From: Gammaproteobacteria bacterium
GTDB taxonomy: Bacteria; Pseudomonadota; Gammaproteobacteria; CAJXQU01
Assembly (NCBI GenBank): GCA_045110495.1
Contig: JBGCGE010000009.1
Location: 6,056-70,055, forward strand
Length of the DNA: 64,000 bases
Direction of reading: 5' to 3'
The position numbers were made by a program, and so were the translations under genes. The notes beneath the pieces were generated by a model that made no database searches, was not told the DNA's origin, and saw nothing but the letters and a program-made list of their open reading frames with translations. This document shows, in pieces, positions 60,962 through 64,000 of the stretch; the first letter of the stretch is position 1; every line of letters starts with the position of its first letter.

Positions 60962-61327
60962 ATGAGTATTTCTTTTAAAGATGCCACTGAGCTACTCTTA
61001 GACCTTGAAGAGCTTGAAACGACTAATAACAAATCTTCAGACCAAACAACCTCAGAAAACTTTAATAAAAAAAGTCCAACTCCAACTGCTGGCCAATTAG
61101 TCTCTGAAAAAGCTAACAATATAAGCGCTTTATCGCTTGATCATTGTGGCTCACAAGAATTGATCCATTGTTATCAGCTGGCACTAGATTTTGGTGTGCC
61201 CACTGCAAGACGCGCATTAGCTATTTATCAATCAAGAGTCGCTTTAGTAAAAAATAGTGACGAGGTGAAAATTGATACTGATAAAGTGCAAATATCGCCG
61301 GATCAGGAAAAATTACCAGGTTTCTGA
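60962..61327 (+). CDS. Hypothetical protein, 121 aa
   Basis: SD GAAAGG before ATG 60962; disordered N-half and helical HCGSQELIHCYQLALDFG segment. Confidence 0.6.
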   Translation: MSISFKDATELLLDLEELETTNNKSSDQTTSENFNKKSPTPTAGQLVSEKANNISALSLDHCGSQELIHCYQLALDFGVPTARRALAIYQSRVALVKNSDEVKIDTDKVQISPDQEKLPGF

Positions 61328-61347
61328 TCGTCCTTATTTAATCTTGA

Positions 61348-61827
61348 TCAATCCTGAGTACGTTTCCAGTGGCCGGATTTTCCACCCGACTTTTCTAATA
61401 AGCCAACCGCCTCAATAGACATACCTCTATCAACCGCTTTACACATATCGTAAATAGTGAGAAGACAAATTTGAGTAGCAGTCAGTGCTTCCATTTCAAC
61501 ACCCGTTTTACCATCTGTCTCAACAATTACATTACATTCAATAACATTTACGCCAATCGGTATAAGATCAATTTCAACATGCGTTATTGGGATGGGATGA
61601 CATAAAGGGATCAGATCAGCCGTTTTTTTTGCTGCCATAACGCCTGCAATTCTGGCAATACCTAAAACATCACCTTTCTTATGATTACCTTCCAGAATCA
61701 ATTTTAACGTCTCAGGAAGCATAACAATACGACCGGTCGTTTTCGCCACACGATGAGTAATGTCTTTTTCGCCAACGTTGACCATGTGGGCATCGCCGGA
61801 CTGATTAAAATGGGTAAGTTTGCTCAT
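61348..61827 (-). CDS. moaC: Cyclic pyranopterin monophosphate synthase
   Basis: [46 protein letters not shown]. Confidence 0.97.
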   Translation of the reverse strand: MSKLTHFNQSGDAHMVNVGEKDITHRVAKTTGRIVMLPETLKLILEGNHKKGDVLGIARIAGVMAAKKTADLIPLCHPIPITHVEIDLIPIGVNVIECNVIVETDGKTGVEMEALTATQICLLTIYDMCKAVDRGMSIEAVGLLEKSGGKSGHWKRTQD

Positions 61828-61877
61828 AAAATAAATATATATGTTTTGATTGTATAGGTCGATTATAATTCAAATCT

Positions 61878-62111
61878 ATGACTATCACGGTAAAGTTTTT
61901 TGCAAGTTTAAGTGAACAGCTAGGAAAGCGAGAAAGTTCTCTGGCTCTTAGCGATGGAATGACGATCGAGCAGGTCTGGTTTGAGAGTACAAACCAGACT
62001 GAAATGCCGGCAAAATTATTGATGGCGATCAATATGGAATATGCAAAACCCGATACACTAGTCAAAGACAATGATGAGGTAGCTTTTTTTCCTCCGGTAA
62101 CGGGTGGCTAA
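61878..62111 (+). CDS. moaD: Molybdopterin synthase sulfur carrier
   Basis: VKFFASL...DEVAFFPPVTGG. Confidence 0.96.
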   Translation: MTITVKFFASLSEQLGKRESSLALSDGMTIEQVWFESTNQTEMPAKLLMAINMEYAKPDTLVKDNDEVAFFPPVTGG

Positions 62112-62112
62112 A

Positions 62113-62544
62113 ATGCATATCGAAATACATACCGAAGCATTTGATCCATGGCATGAACTAAACCTTTTTCAACAAAAATTATCAAAAGGACACTACGGCG
62201 GCACGGCTGTTTTTGTTGGAACGATGCGTGATTTTAATGAAGATCAAACAGTACAGGAAATGACCCTGGAGCATTATCCGGGTATGACTGAAAAACATCT
62301 TGAAAAAATTTGTCGGCAAGCGATTGATCAATGGCAGCTGGTTGATGCAATGATCTTGCATCGGGTTGGTGAAATTCTCCCTAACGATTCGATCGTTCTG
62401 GTTGCGGCCTGGTCAGCACATCGCAAAGAAGCATTTGAAGCCAGCCGATTTATGATCGAAGATTTAAAACATTCCGCACCTTTTTGGAAGAAAGAAAAGA
62501 ATGCTGACGGAACACGCTGGGTAGAAAGCAACACACCACCTTGA
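62113..62544 (+). CDS. moaE: Molybdopterin synthase catalytic subunit
   Basis: GGTAVFVGTMRD, LEHYPGMTEK, HRVG, SAHR, LKHSAPFWKKE. Confidence 0.96.
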   Translation: MHIEIHTEAFDPWHELNLFQQKLSKGHYGGTAVFVGTMRDFNEDQTVQEMTLEHYPGMTEKHLEKICRQAIDQWQLVDAMILHRVGEILPNDSIVLVAAWSAHRKEAFEASRFMIEDLKHSAPFWKKEKNADGTRWVESNTPP

Positions 62545-62609
62545 AAGAATTGATCATTAAAATTTTTCTTTTAAAAATAAATATTAACTTATAAGGTTTA
62601 CATTTAAGA

Positions 62610-63359
62610 ATGAAAAATCAAATTTTATTTGAACCAATACTGCTTGGCGTAAATATTGATCATATTGCAACCATCAGACAAGCGCGTGGGACACGTTATC
62701 CTGATCCAGTTCAAGCTGCTATTGAAGCCGAGCAAGCCGGCGCGGATGGTATTACGGTTCATTTGCGTGAAGATCGACGCCACATTCAGGATCGAGATGT
62801 GGAAATTCTAAGTGAGGTTTTGCAAACCAGAATGAACCTTGAAATGGCCGTCACGGACGAAATGATCGCGATTGCCGAGAGAATTAAACCGGCGCATTGT
62901 TGCTTAGTTCCTGAAAAAAGAGAAGAGTTAACAACGGAAGGCGGACTCGATGTTGTTGGTCAAAAAGACAAAATTAAAAATGCCTGCACAAAGTTAGCAG
63001 AAGCAGGAATAGAAGTATCTTTGTTTATCGATGCAGATCAAAAACAAATAGAAGCCGCCGCAGAAGTTGGGGCTCCAGCCATTGAAATCCATACCGGCCA
63101 TTTTGCTGACTGTACTGAAAGCCAGGATGCTTCCACACATTTAAAAGAGATTATTCTGGGTGTCGAGAAAGGAATTGAAGCGGGCTTAATCGTAAATGCT
63201 GGACATGGCCTCAATTACCACAATGTTGAAGCTATCGCCGCCATTCCACAAATTAATGAATTGAATATTGGTCACGCATTAATTGCTCGCGCAATGTTTA
63301 CCGGACTGTCTGAAGCAGTAAAAGAAATGAAGCGAATTATGCGCGAAACAAGATCATGA
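62610..63359 (+). CDS. pdxJ: Pyridoxine 5'-phosphate synthase
   Basis: [44 protein letters not shown]. Confidence 0.98.
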   Translation: MKNQILFEPILLGVNIDHIATIRQARGTRYPDPVQAAIEAEQAGADGITVHLREDRRHIQDRDVEILSEVLQTRMNLEMAVTDEMIAIAERIKPAHCCLVPEKREELTTEGGLDVVGQKDKIKNACTKLAEAGIEVSLFIDADQKQIEAAAEVGAPAIEIHTGHFADCTESQDASTHLKEIILGVEKGIEAGLIVNAGHGLNYHNVEAIAAIPQINELNIGHALIARAMFTGLSEAVKEMKRIMRETRS

Positions 63360-63745
63360 TCTTTGGTATCGGTGTTGATATCGTACAGATTAATCGCATT
63401 CAAAAAGCAATGGATAAACGTGGTGAAAAATTTGTTAAAAAAGTGTTGTCGGAAGAAGAATATAAAGAATTTTTGATCAATAAAAGTTCGGCTAATTTTT
63501 TAGCTAAACGTTTCGCCGCAAAAGAAGCATTCTCGAAAGCATTAGGATCAGGTTTTACTGACGGCCTTACTTTGAAACAAATACAAATTGTTCACAACGA
63601 TAAAGGTCGTCCGTTATTTCATTTAACAGATGTTGCGAAAGAAAAAATTGAACAATTAAATATACGTCAATGTCATCTTAGTCTTTCTGATGAACGTAAA
63701 TATGTCGTCGCATTTGTTACCCTGGAAGGTCGAGTTCGTCATTGA
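63356..63745 (+). CDS. acpS: Holo-ACP synthase
   Basis: [28 protein letters not shown]. Confidence 0.96.
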   Translation: MIFGIGVDIVQINRIQKAMDKRGEKFVKKVLSEEEYKEFLINKSSANFLAKRFAAKEAFSKALGSGFTDGLTLKQIQIVHNDKGRPLFHLTDVAKEKIEQLNIRQCHLSLSDERKYVVAFVTLEGRVRH

Positions 63746-63769
63746 GTATTGATCAAAAAAGTTTATCAA

Positions 63770-64000
63770 TTAATTAGATATTTTCTGAAAAACCAGACAC
63801 AGATTATTTGCAGGCATCGTGATTTCTTCGATCAGTTTAAGTCGATTTATTTCAGCTAAAGAGATCAAATCTTCTAAGTGTCGTATTGCACTTAATGGAT
63901 TCCGTTGCTTTAACCAATCATCAAATCGCGCATTACTTTCACTTGTGTATGAGCCGTTTTTATTAAATGGGCCGTAGCAGCAAAACTTCGCATTTGGTAG
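63770..64000 (-). CDS. DUF938-type SAM methyltransferase, C-terminal part (runs off the window edge)
   Basis: Hand translation ...FCCYGPFNKNGSYTSESNARFDDWLKQRNPLSAIR...MPANNLCLVFQKISN*. Confidence 0.85.
   Translation of the reverse strand, partial: LPNAKFCCYGPFNKNGSYTSESNARFDDWLKQRNPLSAIRHLEDLISLAEINRLKLIEEITMPANNLCLVFQKISN

Overview
AT-rich (roughly 40% GC by eye) chromosomal segment of a gammaproteobacterium. It is mostly core housekeeping synteny: lysC-csrA-tRNAs; tRNA-Leu-tig-clpPX-lon-hupB-tRNAs-ppiD; a TonB2/TtpC operon with a Fur box; an alphaproteobacterial-type sdhCDAB cluster; ubiG-gph; leuCD; xerD; rpsF-rpsR-rplI-dnaB-alr-radA; RND efflux; lolDE; tsaB; cpdA; moaCDE; pdxJ-acpS. No CRISPR array, prophage, rRNA or transposase was seen. 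Departures from the ordinary: (1) ribosomal protein S6 with an Ala/Glu linker and an extra ~65-aa C-terminal domain; (2) an mxaR-mxaS-mxaA quinoprotein-maturation module with no mxaFJGI in front of it, preceded by 24-nt-period operator-like repeats, an HTH-less MocR fragment and an aldehyde dehydrogenase; (3) a ~0.9-kb mini-island after radA with two integron-cassette-like ORFs bracketed by 31-bp palindromic direct repeats; (4) an archaeal-looking nucleotidyltransferase after ppiD; (5) an SDH locus carrying DUF1674/SDHAF4-like, SdhE, YgfZ and a detached YgfX; (6) an adenylate cyclase-FHA plus PP2C pair and an unannotated, frameshifted small membrane ORF inside the ubiG-gph operon; (7) a hypothetical ORF behind DnaA and NrdR-like boxes. 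All family assignments come from motif recognition, not database searches.
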